Below, piece by piece: positions 9,150 through 22,935 of a stretch of DNA of 64,000 nucleotides (within the stretch, counting starts at the first letter, position 1; every line of letters begins with the position of its first letter). Under the pieces are notes generated by a model. The model did not search any database, was not told the DNA's origin, and saw nothing but the letters and a program-made list of their open reading frames with translations. The position numbers were made by a program, and so were the translations under genes. Origin of the DNA: Schmidtea polychroa (taxonomy: Eukaryota); contig CM097885.1 in assembly GCA_044892525.1 (NCBI GenBank), forward strand, positions 2,482,001 to 2,546,000, given 5' to 3'.

Positions 9150-11395
9150 GGATAACGTTATTCATCTTCTGCTATTATCTTTTTGCATCTATTTACATGA
9201 ACGATGATTGTCCCAGTTTTTTTATTGTTTTGTGAACGCAGTTTTAAATTAGTCTCTGGCGTATCGCATACTAGATATGGTCCTTTATACGGTCGTTGAC
9301 AATCCTTTTGTTGGTTCTGGTTTGTTTATATACACGAGATCTCCCATTTTAATGTCATACGCCCGTGCGTGTTTATCATAGCATTCTTTATACGCTCCTT
9401 GATGATGTCTCATTTTAAGTCCAGCTTGGATCCATACTGATTGTTGTCTTTCTTGCATAACTACTTAATAATCTGATACATCCATATATTGGGAAATAGG
9501 TGACTGAAATTCCAGATCAAATGGCATATTGTTTCGTCGCAGATACATGAGATAAAAGGGTGTTTCTCCAGTGCTTTCATTTACTGCATTTCGGTATGCA
9601 AATAAGCATGGTTTAATGAATAAATCCCAATCCTTTTGTTTTCTGTTTACTTAGGATGATATTATATTAATTTGCGTCCCATTAAATCTTTCCACTAGAC
9701 CATCTGTTTGTGGATGATATGGTGAGGTACTAAGTTTCAGTATACCAAATAAATCTGTAATTGATTTAAATAATTCACTCTGAAAATTTGTTCCTTGGTC
9801 TGTAAGTAATTTCTTTGGTGCTCCATATCGGAAAATAATATTCTCTACAAATATTTTCGCAACTGTTTCTGCTTTCTGATTTGGCATTACATAGGCTTCT
9901 GGCCATTTAGTAAGATAATCGCAAAAAACAATAATGTATTTGTTGCCATTTGTTGTTTCCGACAATGGACCAACGATGTCTATTCCTGTCATTTCCATTG
10001 GCGCCTTTGGCACTGGCATTGGCTTAAACGGAACTTTTATTTTCCGTCCCGTATTTCGTCTTGTTAGGCATACCTCATATGTATGACACCATTGTCTGAC
10101 ATCTTGTTCCATCGTTTTCCAATAATATTTCTGTTTCAATCTTGATAATGTTTTTCGGGTTGATAAATGCCCTCCTAATGCTCCATCGTGATACAACAAC
10201 AGTAATGCTTTTCGATGTTTATTTGGAACAATAATTAACAAATTTTCGTTTTGTACACATTTTAACAAACCATCATGAATATTGTATTTATGGTTCTCCT
10301 CGGCAATATGTTTTCAGTCACTCTCCTTTTTGATTGTGACAGCGTGTTGACTTAACTGATTTAATTCCTCGTCATTTTCCTGATCATCTTGTAATTTTTC
10401 TATATTATTTGCAGTTTTAATTGCCATAAATATTGTATTTTCGCAATTTTCCTCGTTTTGATCAACATTTTTTTCCACGAGTATTCTCGACATAGCATCC
10501 TGTACTTTCCTGTACTTGTTCTATCATGTTCTTGTAACGCAATTGACTACCTAATTAATTTACTGGCTGAATCTCTGTGCTTCATTAGCCATTGTAACGG
10601 TTTGTGATCCGTAAAGACAACAAATTTTCTGCCTACTAGGTATTGTCGAAAAGTAGTTATCTCATATACCAATGCTAGCGTTTCTTTTTTGATTGTCGAG
10701 TAATTCTTTTCATGAGGTTTCAATGATCTGCTGGCATAAGCAATTACATGATCATTCTCCACTTTTACTTGCTGTCCTAACACCGCGCATAATGCGAAAT
10801 TACTGGCATCTGTCATTAGTATAAACGGTTTTTTAAAGTTCAGACATCTTAATATTGGCTGTTTTATTAAGCTTTCTTTGAGTTTATCAAACGCTTCTTG
10901 CTGAGCTGTTGCCCATTTAAATTTTGCTTGCTTTTTCAACAACATGTTCAAAACTTTTCTGTAATAACTAGCTAGTCCCAGAAATTGTCGAACCTGATCT
11001 ACATCCTTGGGAATAGGATATTTCTTAATTTTCTCTACATTTTCTGGATTTGGTTGCAAACCTCGACGCAAAATAATATGGCCAGATAAACGACTTCAGA
11101 TTTCCCCCATTCACATTTTGAGGGTTTTATTTTTAAGTTTGCTTCTAACAATCGCTTGAATACTGTTTCCACATCCTGTAAATGTTCCTCAAAACTATTC
11201 CAAAATATTATGATATCGTCAATATACACTAATGCATGTGGTATATTGCGCAAAACAAAATTCATACCTCTTTGAATCCGAATGGTAACACATTAAACTC
11301 ATATAGACCCTTCCCATCTGAAAATGCAGTTTTCCTTCTATCTTCCTCTTTGACTTTAAATTGATTGTATCCTTTATTAAGATCTATTTGTAATA
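9150..11395 (-). pseudogene. Ty3/Gypsy pol (RT-RNaseH-integrase), frameshifted, 5'-truncated
   Basis: RT motifs DLNKGYNQ, YEFNVLPFG and VYIDDII. RNase H motifs TDAS, IAYASRSL and FTDHKPL. Integrase HHCC-like region, IDIVGPL, TDQGTNF, YHPQTDGLVERFN and a GPY motif. No gag or protease recognised. Confidence 0.95.
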
Positions 11396-11789
11396 AAGTG
11401 TAATAACTAGATTTAACCCATCGTAGGAGAGGGGTGCAAGGTCAGTGTTTGCCATAGGCGCCATTTACCCTAGCTACGCCACTGCAACTACTTATTGCAT
11501 TGTTGCATCGGTCATTATGGTGAATTGTCCTTCCTGCTACTCCAGTTTATTTGCCATTTATCTCACATCCTTGTTAACGTTTTGTTTTATTGGAATATCT
11601 TGTCAATTCTGTTGGTTCCGCTTTTGTCTCGATATTTCATCTCTTTCGTTTATTGTTATAACTTACAGCTTTAACCAATTATTTACACTTCCTAGCCGGC
11701 TTTTAATTTAGACATTCGCATTCTTTCACTGGCCATTCAAATATAATTTCCCTGTGACAATTATGATTGGTTTTCATAATCATTCAATA

Positions 11790-11995
11790 ATTAATAAAAA
11801 ATTGATAAAAATAATTAACAAACAATAAATAAAATAATAAATAAAAATAATTGATAAAAATATTATTAAAATAATCAATAAAAATAATTGATAAAATAAT
11901 CAATAAAAATAAATGATAAAATAATCAATAAAAATAATTGATAAAATAATCAATAAAAATAATTGATAAAATAATCAATAAAAATAATTGATTAA
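11790..11995. repeat. AT-rich minisatellite, 25-bp unit (ataaaataatcaataaaaataattg)
   Basis: About 5 near-perfect copies at 11868-11992 with degenerate copies upstream. Confidence 0.85.
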
Positions 11996-12861
11996 ATGCA
12001 AATATTATCGACATCAGGATGCCGGCAAATAAAAGCAAAGTGGCGAGCCAATGAAATCGCGCCAAAATTTCCATCCGCAACGTCATCAATAAATAAAAAT
12101 ACAAATAAACCAATTACAATATGATAAACATCGGCAAATATTTGCTGCAAATAGAATTTCACCTCACGCCATCTCGAGCTCCACCGATCGGGTCGTTTGT
12201 TTAAATTCTTCCAATTCCAATTTCCATTGATGCAATTGCGCTCGTTTTCTCCCTAATTTCTCCTGGAAATCCTCGATCTGATTGATTGCGCCCGAGTGCC
12301 TAGGAAACCGAGCCGATAGGAATATCTATAACAAATCAATATGAAATCACAAATAATAAATAGATGAGTCATCGTGCCTGATTTGGTGGACCTAATTTCC
12401 CCTTAGCAACCAATGTTTACACTGATTTATTTATTTTACTATAAATTTTCATTTTCCAATTGACTTATTTTAATTATTTCATAAAATTTTTAATTCAAGA
12501 TTTAGATTAAATTTTAATTTATATTTTAATTTTTGGATCATTGAAATATCTTTTTTATTTTTAATATTTTATTTAACTTTCCAATAAAATTTTACTTTTT
12601 GTTATCAAATTATAATTTAAATAATTTTGTAAGATTTAAAACAAATGAGAAAAACACTGAAAATTAACATTAATAATATTTCGAATTTCGCTCAAAGCTA
12701 AAATACAATATTTATAAAATGTTTGTTTATCTACATCAAATGCAAATTATAAATATTGAAATTGTAAACGTCAGAGGAAATAATCAATATAATAAGTATG
12801 ATTTATGATTTATGTTGTAAAATGTTGAAATATTTTGATAATTTTGTTAATTTTAGATAAA

Positions 12862-14280
12862 ATGTTTGCAATCGTATGGGAAATGATGAAGAGAAATAAA
12901 TTTGAATTTGATAATGAAATCAGCAGTGAATTGATATGCAGAATTTGCAAATGTTTAATGATAAAGGCTTGCAATGCTCCTTGCGGTTGTCGCTTTTGTT
13001 CTGATTGCATTGAGCATTATTTGGATGGAAAAGATAAATTCTGTCCAGGAGCAGCAAAACATTGCGGAAAGAAAATGATAAATTTCAATAAAGATGTTTC
13101 TGAAGATCAAGCGATCAATTTAAGGATTTCAGAAGTGATAGTGAAATGCCCTATGCAAAATTGTCAATTCAAAGATGAATTAGAGGTGATGGAGAGCCAC
13201 ATGAGGGCATGCAACAAGCAGCCAATTAGATGCTCGTTCGAAAGGATTGGATGTGAAATAAATGAAGTAGAGAAGGACGAAATGAGAGTCCATCTCAATG
13301 AGAACAATGAAGGATCAGATCAGATTGATCAGATCAGCAATTTGTGCAATGAGATGCAGGCAATAAGAGGTGAGAAGGTGAAATTACGCGAGGAAATTAT
13401 CAATATCAATGTAAAATTTTATTTGTAATTAATTTAATTGATATTTGTGATTGTAGGTAAAATTGAGCAATATTGAAAGGAAAGATGCGGAGAACAGAGC
13501 AGAAATAGAAGAATTGAATGAGGAAATTTCGGCAGTGAAGAATGAGAATCGCTCATTGAGAATGGAGATGGAGACAAATATTGGATCAATCAATCAAGTT
13601 TGATTATTTATTTGATTTGTTATTGATTTGTTATTGACGCAAAGCAGATCAGTCAGCAAATTGAGGTGACTGAATCAAAATGTCAACAACAAATTGATGA
13701 GATGAAAGAGAAATGCGAGCAGCGGCTGCAACGGGAGAATGAAAAAGTAATTTATTGATTTATTGAAATGTTTGAATTTGAGATTCAGTTGCAGCCTGAA
13801 ATGGCGAAATGCGCCAATGAAATTCAGCAGGTTGAAACAAAATTAGGAAGTGAAAAATATATAAATTATGGATTTTTTGAATGGCAAATCGATAAATTTT
13901 CACAACAAAAGAGAAATGAATATATTTACAGCAAGGCATTTCATTCGGGGCCAATCGGTTACAAAATGTGCTTGTGGGTGTTAATTGGGCGTAATTGGGT
14001 TGAGGTTGGTTTCTGTGTGATGCGTGGGGCAAATGATGAGCAATTGGATTGGCCGTTCAATCAATCGGTGACAATCGATATGATCGATCCAGCAAATGGC
14101 AGCATTTATATGAGCAAGTCAGTGAAATATTCAGATCGCCCTCGTCATGCCGGATGGGGGAAACCGTCAGATGACAGAAATGATTCAATTCGCATTTATT
14201 ATGATGATGATCTTTCAATCTGTCAATTCGCAGCCAAAAGTGATAAATTGCTGCTCAGGTGCAGAATTGAAAAATTATGA
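12862..14280 (+). CDS. TNF receptor-associated factor (TRAF) family protein: RING, TRAF zinc finger, coiled coil, MATH; ~426 aa
   Basis: Exons 12862-13410, 13457-13597, 13648-13746 and 13789-14280 join in frame across GT-AG introns of 46, 50 and 42 bp. RING CRIC...PCGCRFCSDC...CP; MATH FEWQIDKFS, YSKAFHSGPIGYKMCL, MRGANDEQLDWPF. The start codon is uncertain. Confidence 0.92.
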
Positions 14281-16857
14281 AAAATTAGAAAACATTTCAA
14301 TAAAAAATTGATTTATTTTGGCTTTTGATCTGATTTATTATTTGCCTTATTATTATTATTGATTTATTATATGAGATAATTATTGTGATAATCATTGTCA
14401 TTCTCCCCCCCCCGCGCCTTCCATCCGATATTATCATTATATTTATTATAATTAAATTAATAATTAATGTGAAAGAAATAATCCAATTAAAATCCACCCG
14501 AATATAAGCGCTGACAAATCGCCTCAACAAATCAAACGCTCCTATGACGAATGGAACCGACGAGAAAACCGCCATCGCTGCTGCTGCTGATGTTATATGA
14601 GTTGTGGAGAAATTATTGCTGTATTGAATGGCAGTAAAATGCACCTAAATGCAATACCAAAATTGCCTTATATCAAATTGATTAATGCCTTAACATTTCA
14701 CCTCCGCCAGCTATTTGTGAGGCATTTCAACGCAAATCCGCAACAACAATACTGATAAAATGTTCCAAATTGCTTTCACGTCAGTTTGGGTAAGTTTACC
14801 AAAATGAGAGCTGTCGATGCGATGAGGGCAATCGGTGCTTTCTAAACTCTATCAAATTCTGTTACGCATTCTTTTAATCATTAAATGATTTGCTTTAATT
14901 AATTTTTGCTTTGCATCTTTCATGAAATTTGGATCTCTTAAAGGTCTCGTGTCCGATTTGCTAATCATATTATTGATAATATAATGATAATCATATTGTT
15001 ACTCTGCATTGCTTCGCCCACCATTTGCATTTGTAATGAGATACTTTATAACAGCTAGCGGCCTGATTTAATATTAAATAATGTAACATTTCATTAATTT
15101 ATTCACTTTTTCATTCGCTAAATTTTCAAATATAATATTATTTAAACAAAAAAGATTTCATGTAAATTAATAATTAATATTTAATTAATATTTAAATTCA
15201 CAAATTTGATAAATTTTATGAATGAATTTTATTTATTAAAACGAGATTTTTCTTGAAATCATGAATATATCAAAAATATTATATAAAAAGACAACCAGGT
15301 GGATCTTAACTCAAGGAGGTACATGAAATTATTTAGGTATATAAGAATTTGAAGGTTATTAAAGTCAAACTTACAGGTTTTGAGATCAATGGCGTCGCCA
15401 AAAAGGGGGTTAAAGGTTTATACCCTCATTAGATTTTACATGTACAAATGTCATCCACCTACATAAGAAAAAACTTTATTTTATCGTAAATATAATACTG
15501 TGACAAATGTCTGTACTCTGTAGTCCAAGAAATTATTTTGGAAACTGAAATTCGTTAGGTACATCAAAAGTTAAAGGTTGTTAAAGTCAAACTTGCAAGT
15601 GTTGGGATATTACTAGAGTTTCGGTTGGCAAAAACTCAGAATCTGGCGAGTGTGTTGTTTTAATGTGTTAAAATCGCTGATATATTTCTCATCAAGTCTT
15701 ACTTATTACTTTTTACCATCAAAATACCCATGTAAACCACCATGTTGGAAATATACACAGTCGTTGAAAATCAATAAGCAGATGGGCTCTATTTCTTAGA
15801 TTGGATTGAGATAACAATCTATGTTTATCCTTTTCTTGCCATTGATCACACTTTATCATATTTCCCTTCGTAGCTTCACAATATTGTTGATTTTACCGCT
15901 AAATGCTCATTGCAAGTGGCATTGGTGCTGCAATTTAGTTGGTGGCCACCAGTTAAACGTGTTCCTTTCACAAGCACCCTCTTTCATATGTCCCGATCAT
16001 CATTATATTCACCTGACCTATCTATTTGTCGTTACTTGATATCTCAAATTTCCGAATTTGGATTTTTACTTAAATAAATGAAGATTTGAAATTGAAAACG
16101 TAATGTTAAACTATCGGTGGTTTCCTATCAGTGGCTGATTTACAGTTATGACGAATTTAGCTTTACAATTTCATTTGGATTAAAAAACAATTTTATTTCA
16201 AATTAAGCAAGCAACAGAACGAAATGAATAAAAATGTAAAAGGAAATTTACAATAAGTATCAAATTCTCAATGTTTCAAATTGGGAAGGCTTATTCGTAC
16301 ATATTTCAGTTTTATGGTCCATTTCACTTTCCAGGACGAAGCTTTGCTGTCTTCTTGTTTTCAGTCGAGGAAGTCAATGTTGATTGGGTAGCCTCGTGAT
16401 GTCAGAGACAATAGCGCGAAACAATTCCATCTCTCATGACGAATAGCCATTGGGCTTCCTCTTGGATGGTAATATTTAGATTTGCATCACTCATTGGTTC
16501 TCCTCTCACAGTTCTGTATTGATTCGATCTTCCAGTGTATATTTTTGGCGTAATCCGAACGGAAAAATAAAAATTCTATCCGTCTTCGTCGTTGCACCAA
16601 CGCTTAAGCCCCGTTCATCTACTTTGTTGCCTCAGCCGTGTATCGAACCAGGTCTTGGTGAAACTTCTCTATTGAAGGATCTACTGTAATTTAGAATAAT
16701 TACTGTTAAAACTTTGTTTTTGTACATTAGTGCGAGTGATAGTAATACAATCATTGATAATAATAGCAATATAAATTGATTATAGTGCAATATATGAGTA
16801 ATATTTTACTTTAAAACAATGTTGTTCTTAAATTATCAATGATATTGTTGGATATTT

Positions 16858-17629
16858 TGTGAAAGTCAGTATCACAGTCTGACTCATTGGTGTTCTTTTT
16901 GAAATTAAGTTAAACAAGACAATTCAATAATTTTTATTTGAGACTAATACAATTACAATTTCGATTACACTCTTTAACCCTTTGAAGGCGCCGTGCGACT
17001 ACAGTCGCACAACTTTATTTGGTCTTGAGGGCGAAATTCGACTCTAGTCCACTAAATGCTAAAAACTTCTAGTTTGCACCAATATATTCTACAGCTTGCA
17101 ATAGTTGTCAAAATAGCCATATTTTTAATTATACCTCAATTTAGGAAAAATTCATTTTTATGGCAAAATTGCACCTTTGGGGGAATAAAAAATTTTGAGT
17201 CCGCCGCCTTCAAAGGGTTAATGAAACAACAAAATTTTAAACAACTTTTTTGTTCTGCACCTTTCAATATCAATCTGAACATACCGATTAATCTACCGAC
17301 GGGAGATGTCCCTTTCTGATACGCTCAATTCGAAAATATATCGTAACCACTAAGTTCACTTCTGCTTTGCTTCGTCTCACTAGGTTATCTCTTTGCGTTT
17401 CTTCGACAAACTGGCTATTCTGTTTACTTTCCGGTCGCTTTTATACCTATCTCGTATTTTGATTTTCCTTTGTCAAATTATTTTGGATCCATTTTCCCCG
17501 GCTTCCTCTTATCTACCTAATTAGTTTGGGCAATTTCTTCTCTTTTTGATAGCTTGCCCCAATTTAATTATTTTTCAGTTGATTTAATTGCCTCCAGCTA
17601 ATTTGATTAACCATTCGGGTCGTCTCACA
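16858..17629 (-). mobile_element. Solo LTR (~530 bp) interrupted by a MITE
   Basis: TGTGA...TCACA termini and a minus-strand TATA ggtataaaagc. The minus-strand 3' part (aaattgtaattgt..caaataaa..aagaacac..gagtcaga..gact..aca) resembles LTR 4330-4871. No clear TSD. Confidence 0.65.
16978..17217. mobile_element. piggyBac-type MITE (240 bp)
   Basis: Perfect 13-bp TIR CCCTTTGAAGGCG / CGCCTTCAAAGGG with TTAA on both sides (16974-77, 17218-21). Confidence 0.9.
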
Positions 17630-18328
17630 GTGCTCGAGTTTTCTCTTTACTAATTAATTTTTATTTAATTTTAGTTTTTTGTAATTAATTCCTTCTACGG
17701 ATCCCTTCCTATTGATTTTATTTTATTATATTTGAATTTATCAATACATTAAACGTGACTTTGTAAAATGAATAACTGTATAATATGAACAGCTACAATA
17801 TAATTCGTTAACATAATTGAAGGCGTTTGGACAGAAACCACTGATCCCATAATCTCTAATTTTCAAACTCTAAAAATTTGTTTTACGTAAAAGTTCCGAA
17901 CACAGAAATCTAAGGTAGATGTCGTCGACTAAGAGATTGGATAAATAGAAAAATGATGAAGTGATATGAGAAAATAGGGTACTACACCTTCAACGGTTAG
18001 ACTATGAATCCAGAGGTGCGTCAGGCCTTTAGCAGTTCTTATAGTAGGGCTAACCTTTTGCTGGCACCCATTCGCTAAATCATAGTATCAAGGTCGTTTG
18101 AGGCGCTGTTTTTTCTCATTTTATCAATTAGACATTTAAAAACTTTTGAATTTAAAATTTCTACATATTTTTATGTTTTTTAGACTTTTAATCTGATAAA
18201 ATTATGTGGAATACATTTTCCATCTTGTTACAAATAATAAGCGAACTAATTATTATTTTAAATATTATTTTTTTAATTTAATTGTTTTAAATTGTCAGTT
18301 GAAGTAAATATTTTGAATTGCTAAAATT

Positions 18329-19007
18329 ATGTTCAGATACACCTTAAGAGTTGTAACTACATCACTGAATAAAAATCTTAGACCGAATCGAATTATAAAC
18401 AGTTTCTCCAAAAATATAAGCTTTTATCTCCATGCAAATAGTCGACTCAGCGGAGTAAGTATTGGGAAATTGTGATAAATTAGATTTGATATCATTGTTT
18501 AAGCATAATTTGTTAGTTTCAAAACGGACAATAATGAAATTTAAACCGACTAAAACTGAAGAAGAAGTCAAAGCAATTGTAATGAAATGTTGTAAAGAAT
18601 TTGAAAAGATTCAAGCAGATAAAGTTGGTATTAAAAATAAATTAATTTTATATATATATTTTGGTGTGGATTACATAATGGAGATTTTTTATTTATTAAT
18701 GGCATTTTGGTTGATTTTACATTCAGAATCGTTTGTTATGTAATAAGGATAAATATTATTTTTCTAGGTCACCCTTCAATCGAGGTTCGTTGAGGATTTG
18801 GGAATTGATAGTCTTGATCACGTGGAATTGATCATGGCCATAGAGGATGAAATGGGTTGAATATTGATTGTCATTATTATCCACTGAAGGTGAATATTTT
18901 CAGAATTTGAAGTTCCAATTGAGGAATCAGAAAAAATGAAGACTCCACAAGATATTATGAATTTTTTCAATAATAGGAACAAAAATTTCACCAATGTGAC
19001 AATTTAA
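18329..19007 (+). CDS. NDUFAB1: Mitochondrial acyl carrier protein, 145 aa
   Basis: Exons 18329-18454, 18504-18623, 18768-18855 and 18904-19007 join in frame. Arg/Ser-rich, acid-free targeting peptide; [19 protein letters not shown] phosphopantetheine motif; AATAAA at ~19030 and ~19060. Confidence 0.93.
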
Positions 19008-19339
19008 TTCCATTAGCGGATCATTTATTAATAAATCGATTTCTTGTTGAGTTTTTGTTAATAAATTTTTAATATGCATTTTGGTTCATTTCATTTGAAG
19101 TTTAGGATTAGGACGCGTGGTTGCTACTTATCATCGTTGTCATTGGTTACAAATTTAACTAGGTCATGAAATACAAAAATTAGAATTAATAGACAATCAT
19201 CTTTATTGATCACGACAGTACACGAACAAATCTCAACGAAAACGGTCAAAACTGGCGCCACTCGACCGCGACAATGAGCACCATTGGAGACTGACAAGTA
19301 GGCACTGACGAGATATTATAAGAATCATGCTTCTGATTA

Positions 19340-22300
19340 TCAGCATTGCAATCTGGGCATTCGACGCAACTGCTCAGTGAATCCAATGCTTTCGCCCTCA
19401 GGAAGGCGAGGACCCCTCAGATGGAGGATCCGAGGGATCAGGTCATCCACCTGGTTGGCCTTGTACACCTTTCTACCTGTGGTTATTGCGGGCTCCGCTG
19501 ATCTGGAATATAGAATATATTGGGTTAAATATTCACAATCGATTAGCTAATTGCAACTTGAGCAATTTGACGGCGGACACGAAGAGATTCCTTGATTCTG
19601 TCGAGCGATCGATATCGAGATCAAAGTGAACGGTGTCGTCCACGTTCAGACATTTGACATCCGGTCCGAACCGGCCTGACCCAATAATGTCAAGTTCAAA
19701 CACGCCAGGAAGCCCACTGTCCCCGTCCTCCTCGTTCACCTGCCGCTCAATGCACACCTTCGATTTCTGAGCAATTTCCCATCATGATTTCCACAGATTC
19801 ACCCAGCAAATAAACTGCTTACCGTCACCGAGATAACGCGCCCAGTTTGCCGCAACAGGATCACATTGGTTGCCAACAGCCGCCAAGAGCCGTCCTGATC
19901 AACTTGTACAACATCAAATAGCACCCGGTCACTCGGGGACAATTTCGTTCTGAATGAAGTCAAGCTGGTCATCGAGTAGGGATATTGCTCATCGCTGTCA
20001 ATGTCATTGACCAATCCACAGTACTGGTTCTCTTTGTCAGTGTTCTCACTGATCAGTAGGGGCCGCATGATGACTCCCACGCGTTTCCTCACGATCGCTG
20101 TCTGGAATGAATGCGCATTATATATTATATCGGTTATCCGTGTTATCGGTTGGCCAACCAATAGGATTGGTCCCGCAACACACACACACACACACACACA
20201 ATATATATGAACTACAAACCTCATTGGACAACGGCTCGGTGAGAACCTTCAGGAACTGTTCAATGATGCGACGCGGCCGGCTGCCAGAGCTTGGCACCGC
20301 CAGGAATTCAATTGCCGAGCCAACCTTCAATTCCATCCCTAATTTGCTCTTCTTGATTGTGAACGGGCTGAATTTGTATAGCGCGTTGTGATCTGCCGTT
20401 TCCACGAATCCAAAGTACTCCTTGAGAATTACAATCCATCCTCGAAGGTTTCTCGTTGCCATGATAGGCAGGACTGTTGCCAAGGCCGGCTGTTGAGTGT
20501 GCGCATTGCCAACGGTGTGGACAGCAGCGATTTTATCGCCTGGGAGAGTACGCGATCTCAATTTTCGGCTGGCATCAGAATTCCTGTGAGAATCGGATGG
20601 AGTCCTGCTGCTGTTATTGGCTGATGATAAGGATGAAGGGGCAACGAGCTCAATGTTGAATGCGGCCGGAGGCAAATACTGAGAAGTGATCCGATCGAGA
20701 CAGCCAAATTTCACCTGTTCATAGGATAACCGATTATAATAGATAACGATTGCCATGGAAACAACGCGTTATTCATATCTCGCAATGACACTCGATGCCG
20801 GCCCTCATATTTGCTGACAGAGAGGGGTGTATACCAAGCAATCGGATCCCACAATTCATTACAAGGGTGATTCAAATGTGCTTATTGATCCCCCCTCCCC
20901 CCTCCATCCCTGGCGCGATAGACCTGCACAATAATATGAAGCGCCCAAATGCAGGAGTGAGCGTGAAGGAGTGAAACAATGAACCAGCAAGCGGGACAAA
21001 AGAATACCCAGGGCAGTTCACAAGCGGCCCCATCACCAATCGATATCAATAATCAACCCTTACCAAAACCGACCAATAGTAAATAAGAGAAAGTCTCACC
21101 TCATCACCAACTTTGGGCCTGCAATTGATGAGATCCTCGCTGGTAAATGCGACTGTCCTTGTTACCGATGAATTGGGAAACTGGCAGCAAATGATACCGA
21201 GATCATCTGGATTGTGCGCAGCAGTATTGACAATTCCCCGCAACTGACCGACTGGATACAATTTCAGGTGGGTCATTTTGTCACTGTCCTTCGATGGCAT
21301 GATGCGCAACGCAGTCGTTGTTAGTTTCTGGTGACCCCCGACGTTTCTCGACACTTGCAATGGAGTGTAGGAAACAACTGCAAACTTTGTCAGCTTCTCA
21401 TCACTCGGTAGCCATTCCTTGGCTTTGAACGCTACCAACATGTCCTCATCACCCTTGGCAGACAGATCCGGCTCAATCAATCCCGCAATATCGTCAAACA
21501 TTTTCACAACTCCGATATGCCGAGTTTCTTTGCGAGATGGAAACGAATCGAGACATAATTCGACTTGACAAGCCCGTTGCAGTTGATCACGGCGATCAAT
21601 GGCGATTTTGAATGAGACAATGTCACCCGGATGGAGACTATATTGATATCTTTTGTCTTTCTCTCCGAATGGAATTTGCATAACTTTACATTCATTGCCA
21701 CAAACGTAGGATATGTTGCCGGCTAATGGATCACCGTTATTTGCCCGCTTGCAATCAGGAGACCGTAGCAGTGTCCCATAAATAACGTTATCAAACACAT
21801 CGATAAATTGCACTGTACCCGGCTCTAGAAAACGCAAATTCACTGCTTCTTCTTTCCCATTACGTAAATGCTTGACATTAAATTCCAATTCAAGCCCAGG
21901 CTGCATTATTACACCTTCTGGTGACGCCGATAAATTGAAATAAATTTCCTTCACGATATCACTACGATCAATAAATCCAAATTTATCTTTCACTGAAGTT
22001 ACTATTCCTTGAACTTTAATCGGTTTATTATACTTCTTCCTGACTTTTATAGCACACGGCATTTCATTTCGCTCGCATTTTTCAAACAGTACTTCGTCTT
22101 TTGTTTTCAATTTCACATCTTCTAGTACATCTTCTTTAGAAAACGGTAAATAAAAACACTCCTCATTAAACTTGTATGATATGCTACCAGTTTCCGATTT
22201 TTTCGGCATTTTAACAATAACACCTTCTATAGTTTCAACGTGACTTTGGAACATTATATCCTTTGCCAGTGGTTTTCCTTTTGAAATTCCTCTAAGAAAG

Positions 22301-22506
22301 GTCACGTTATCTCCAACTTGAAGCTCTTCAAAAGGATTTTTTGTTGCTGTATAATGGAAAAATAATCGCTTTTCCTGATTTTCTTTGCTTTGACATTTTA
22401 TAAAGCCGTACTTCGGACATAGCTTTTCAATAGTGCCATATTCCGAAGCTGATTCGTATGAAATTATCGCATCATCGCCATTAAAATTTTCTGAAGTATT
22501 TTTCAT
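19340..22506 (-). CDS. CSDE1: Cold shock domain-containing protein E1 (UNR), ~850 aa
   Basis: Exons 22506-21100, 20714-20220, 20101-19823, 19766-19558 and 19502-19340 join in frame across GT-AG introns. Repeated CSD motifs (KYGFIKC..RLFFHY, KDKFGFI..EIYFN, KEYFGFVETADH), IAIDRRD..QRA, and a SUZ-C-like LRGPRLPEGESIGF near the C-terminus. Confidence 0.92.
20179..20200. repeat. (CA)11 microsatellite in CSDE1 intron 2
   Basis: Read directly from the sequence. Confidence 0.95.
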
Positions 22507-22935
22507 GAGACCGTTTTTGCAAATTCTTTTCAACTTAATTTACTGGCTAATCACGCAGCGAGGTCTAAAATATTATTCAATCAAAAAAAAATATCTCTAA
22601 TAAAGAAATTATTAAATGTATATTTTTCAATTGAAATAATCATATATTAAGACTAGCTAAACAAAACAAAGTCATGAGGTTGTTCATTAAATTTTCTATG
22701 TTTAGGAATTATTATTATTATTATTATCTTTATTATTAATATCATTATTGTTATTGTTTGACAAGATTATTTATTACTAATTTTATTTCAATTTATAGAC
22801 ATGCAAAATATAGACATATATTTATGTTTGAAAATTTATGATATTTGAAGATTTATTTCAATATCGTAAGTAATATAAATACCAATGAACTAAATTGAAT
22901 AATAAAAACATCAAAAACCACGTGAAGCTTAATTT

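Noticed and set aside
11410..11484. hAT-like MITE end (ccctagctacgccactg) where the Gypsy pol breaks off
   Set aside because: Only one TIR-like end and no TSD; too fragmentary to call.
12160..12330. Minus-strand exon-like coiled-coil fragment (HSGAINQIEDFQEKLGRKRAQLHQWKLELEEFKQ...)
   Set aside because: Short, with no recognisable family and no supportable gene model.
15330..15610. Diverged ~55-bp direct repeat (ttaggta...ttaaagtcaaactt)
   Set aside because: Probably internal to an old repeat element; no termini identified.
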